Both the position numbers and the translations under genes were made by a program. Below, piece by piece: positions 14,647 through 16,972 of a stretch of DNA of 16,972 nt. The notes beneath the pieces are model-generated. The model was not told the DNA's origin, did no database searches, and worked only from the letters and a program-made list of their open reading frames with translations. The DNA comes from Pseudomonadota bacterium (lineage in GTDB: Bacteria > Bdellovibrionota_B > Oligoflexia > Oligoflexales > CAIYRB01): contig JANOTL010000025.1 of the NCBI GenBank assembly GCA_031416315.1, forward strand, positions 1 through 16,972, read 5' to 3'. Position 1 is the stretch's first letter; every line of letters begins with the position of its first letter.

Positions 14647-15918
14647 TTACAACTCGAACTTGCGAATGGTAAAGCCCTCGCTACCATCGTCGGCGGCCTC
14701 CAGGCCCAGCACGCGTTTTGGGCTCGTCACGCCGCCGATCGCGTCCGCCTCCGGGAAGGAGATCGTCTGCGTCGAGATCGTCTCGCCGCCATAGTCGACG
14801 GTCAACGTCGCGGAGGCTGGGCCCTCGCCCTTCATGTAGGCGATGGCGATCGCGTAACGTCCCGGTATCAGGCCATCACATGTCGCGAGGTAGGTCTCGA
14901 GGCCGGGAGTCGCGTCGCTCGTGAGCTTACCGGCGCGCCCATTCGGCCGCTTGAAGTAGACGTGCTGATCGCTGAAGCCGTTCAGCATCTCGTAAACGTG
15001 GAGGTCCAAATCCGTCGCGGCACCGCCCGACCAGGTGAGCTTCACCTCGAGGTTTTGCGCCGCAGTCGGCGCCACCGGCGGCTTCTTGATCTCGCCGAAC
15101 GCCGCGACCACGTCGTCGAGAATCATGCGGCGCGCGCCGTAGTCCGTGCGCATATACGACCGGTCGAACGAATGCCCGAGCCAATCCGGCATCGGACCCC
15201 AGCCGGCGTTCGCTTCTAAGGTCGGCGCGATCTGCCGGACCAAGAACATGATCACGTCGTTCACGTAGGTCGTATAGCGGCGGCTGCCATCGCCTACCCG
15301 ACTGGTCGGCGTCGCGACCATCACCTGGCGCGTCTTGTTCCGTTGCGCGGCGTCGAGCCGCTCGAACGCCTGGTTCGAGTAGAAATTGCCTTGCGAGTGC
15401 GACACGATCACCATGCGCCTCTTTTCCTCGGTCAGGAGGCGCTGATAGATCCGCAGATGCACGGCGAGATCGGCGTCGGTGATGGTTTCGCCATGGAAGA
15501 GCCCCGGGCTCGTATCGACCTCGCGGCCGGCGTCGTCCTTGATCTTGCCTTCGGAGTCGAGGAGCGGCGCGCCCGCGATGTTACGGCGCGTGACGATCGC
15601 CATGAGCCAGGAATAGAGATCGTCGATCTTCTGTCCCGCGACCTGGACGTACTGGGCGACCCCGGGCTCGTGCGGGTTGAACGCGAGCTCGAAGACGACG
15701 TCGTCGGAGAGAACGGCCTTGGTCGCCTCATCACTCATCACCGCGCGCTTCAAGACCAAGAGGCTCTCGTAAGCCGTCGCCGGCGTGTTGTTCATCCCAT
15801 TTGCGAACACCACCGCCATGGGATCGCGGTTCATCGCGGAGCGGCACGCCTCGGCGCCTTCAACCAAGGTCGAGCCGCAAAGAGCGAACACGAGCAGAAG
15901 TTTCGTGGAACGAAGCAT
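14647..15918 (-). CDS. Exported alpha/beta-hydrolase-like protein (SHSQG) fused to a C-terminal YfaP/DUF2135-like domain
   Basis: Signal-like N-terminus; VFANGMNNT; nucleophile elbow IVSHSQGN (SHSQG at 15388-15402); VATP; candidate Asp (NDVI) and His (GHSF). C-terminal LEVKLTW...TDLDLHVYE...HVYF...LTSD...GLETY. Confidence 0.75.
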   Translation of the reverse strand: MLRSTKLLLVFALCGSTLVEGAEACRSAMNRDPMAVVFANGMNNTPATAYESLLVLKRAVMSDEATKAVLSDDVVFELAFNPHEPGVAQYVQVAGQKIDDLYSWLMAIVTRRNIAGAPLLDSEGKIKDDAGREVDTSPGLFHGETITDADLAVHLRIYQRLLTEEKRRMVIVSHSQGNFYSNQAFERLDAAQRNKTRQVMVATPTSRVGDGSRRYTTYVNDVIMFLVRQIAPTLEANAGWGPMPDWLGHSFDRSYMRTDYGARRMILDDVVAAFGEIKKPPVAPTAAQNLEVKLTWSGGAATDLDLHVYEMLNGFSDQHVYFKRPNGRAGKLTSDATPGLETYLATCDGLIPGRYAIAIAYMKGEGPASATLTVDYGGETISTQTISFPEADAIGGVTSPKRVLGLEAADDGSEGFTIRKFEL

Positions 15919-15919
15919 C

Positions 15920-16474
15920 TCAGCTCCCTCCTTCGAGCTTGCACGTCTGGCCGAGCTCGGCTTCGGTCCGAAGCCGCATCGACTGGCCCGTCAGCAGGTC
16001 CCAGGCAGCAACGTAGCGGTCGAGCGCCGCGTCGTCGGCGAGCAGGACCGCCGCGATCCAGTTTTTCCAGGCCAGGAACCGCTCGCCGTGTAGGTGAATG
16101 CCGCACTCAAGCGCTTCTGCGTATGCTTTTACGCTCGCGATGGTCGCGGCATTGTCTGCATGCGGCGCGATCACGCCGCTCAAGCTCGTCGTCAAAGTCT
16201 GCAAAGCCGGACCGACCTTCGACTCTTCCTTCACTGCCGCTGCGATGGCCTCTGCCGTCGTCGCAAAGATTGGCGTCGGCGCCGGCGGCTCCGTCACGAG
16301 AAAGGCGGCCTCCGGAGTCGGGGCCGGCGTCGGCGCGGGAGCAGGGGACGCCGCCGTCACGGGCGGCTTCGACGCAGCCCTTCTCGGCTTCCGATCGCTG
16401 GAACAACCGCTGGCCGCGAGCAGTAGAACTGCTGCAACAGCGCACGAGACTCTACTTGACGCTCTGATGCTCAT
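15920..16474 (-). CDS. Hypothetical lipoprotein, probably translationally coupled to the downstream hydrolase
   Basis: AAGGAGG RBS; lipobox AASG-C; Pro/Ala-rich tether; helical C-terminal domain with two Cys. Its stop codon is 1 bp before the next ATG. Confidence 0.8.
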   Translation of the reverse strand: MSIRASSRVSCAVAAVLLLAASGCSSDRKPRRAASKPPVTAASPAPAPTPAPTPEAAFLVTEPPAPTPIFATTAEAIAAAVKEESKVGPALQTLTTSLSGVIAPHADNAATIASVKAYAEALECGIHLHGERFLAWKNWIAAVLLADDAALDRYVAAWDLLTGQSMRLRTEAELGQTCKLEGGS

Positions 16475-16620
16475 CGGGGGTGACCTCCTTCAGTCACCTC
16501 ATTGATAGGCGAAGCCGACCCGATGCATTTGCCCACGCTTGTCCTCGTCGCGGCAAAGGCAGTCAAGGGCCCGGGGGCCGACGCGCTATCATGGCCCCTG
16601 ACTTCTCCGGAGGGTTCGAC

Positions 16621-16899
16621 ATGCGAACGCGCCAGCGCGGCCAAAATACCGCCGAGTTCCTGATCATGATGACCCTGGTCGTGATCGCGAGCATCGGCAG
16701 CTTCGCGATGCTGTCGGGCGAAATCCGCGCCAAGATCGCCTTCGTGGCGACCGCAATCTCAGGCTCCGAGAAGCCGTACGTGGACGCGCAGCGACTGACC
16801 GGCGGGATCGCGAAGGAGAACGTCGAGCACGGGATCGGGGAGCCGATCAAGATGGATGGAGTTGATGTGCGGGAGCTGCATTACGATCCGTTGAAGTAG
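16621..16899 (+). CDS. Flp/Tad-type pilin-like protein
   Basis: GGAGG RBS; short basic leader MRTRQRG|QNTAEF with Gly at -1 and Glu at +5, then hydrophobic helix LIMMTLVVIASIGSFAML; 92 aa. Confidence 0.8.
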   Translation: MRTRQRGQNTAEFLIMMTLVVIASIGSFAMLSGEIRAKIAFVATAISGSEKPYVDAQRLTGGIAKENVEHGIGEPIKMDGVDVRELHYDPLK

Positions 16900-16910
16900 G
16901 ACGTCAATCT

Positions 16911-16972
16911 ACCGCAAAGGACGCAGAGGGTTTCTAAGTGAAGCCCTCTGCGTCCTTTGCGTCCTCTGCGGT
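16911..16972. repeat. REP-like inverted repeat built from tandem 9-mers; may act as terminator of the pilin gene
   Basis: Perfect 18-bp stem CGCAAAGGACGCAGAGGG (16913-16930) / CCCTCTGCGTCCTTTGCG (16944-16961). The right arm is CCTCTGCGT-CCTTTGCGT-CCTCTGCGG and runs to the window edge. Confidence 0.8.

Noticed and set aside
32..16505. Many long alternative-frame or antisense ORFs (e.g. 32-1180 -, 1699-2883 +, 4558-6051 -, 11965-12996 +, 15343-16467 +)
   Set aside because: They are Arg/Ala/Pro-rich shadow ORFs expected in high-GC DNA, overlap better-supported genes and carry no recognisable motifs.
16480..16620. N-terminal extension of the pilin ORF from GTG 16480
   Set aside because: It overlaps the RBS of the divergent gene, and ATG 16621 has its own GGAGG and gives a typical short prepilin leader.

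Overview
GC-rich bacterial window with about 19 protein-coding genes and no rRNA, tRNA, CRISPR array or transposase. Recognisable genes are an RlmM-like rRNA methyltransferase, a YjcF/ElaA-type GNAT, an egtB-egtD ergothioneine pair (type II EgtB signature), a CYTH protein, an Flp-like pilin, and a 6-TM class III nucleotide cyclase with non-canonical catalytic residues. The rest is mostly exported protein, including 7 predicted lipoproteins. These include a four-module lipoprotein with six collagen-like PPGAQG(L/I) motifs, a matrixin-like lipoprotein with a dead N-terminal copy of its own protease domain, a monoheme cytochrome with a 16-Cys tail, a cupredoxin/cytochrome c pair behind egtBD, and a lipoprotein plus HSQG-hydrolase/YfaP gene pair. 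A double-HTH DUF4423-like regulator faces the protease-led lipoprotein cluster. Non-coding features include a sigma54-like promoter that forms a 13-bp inverted repeat with the egtB start codon, a loopless 37-bp palindrome, and a REP-like hairpin built from 9-mers at the window end. Gene content suggests a Bdellovibrionota/Oligoflexia- or Myxococcota-like organism (inference). All family calls are from motif recognition by eye; no searches were run.
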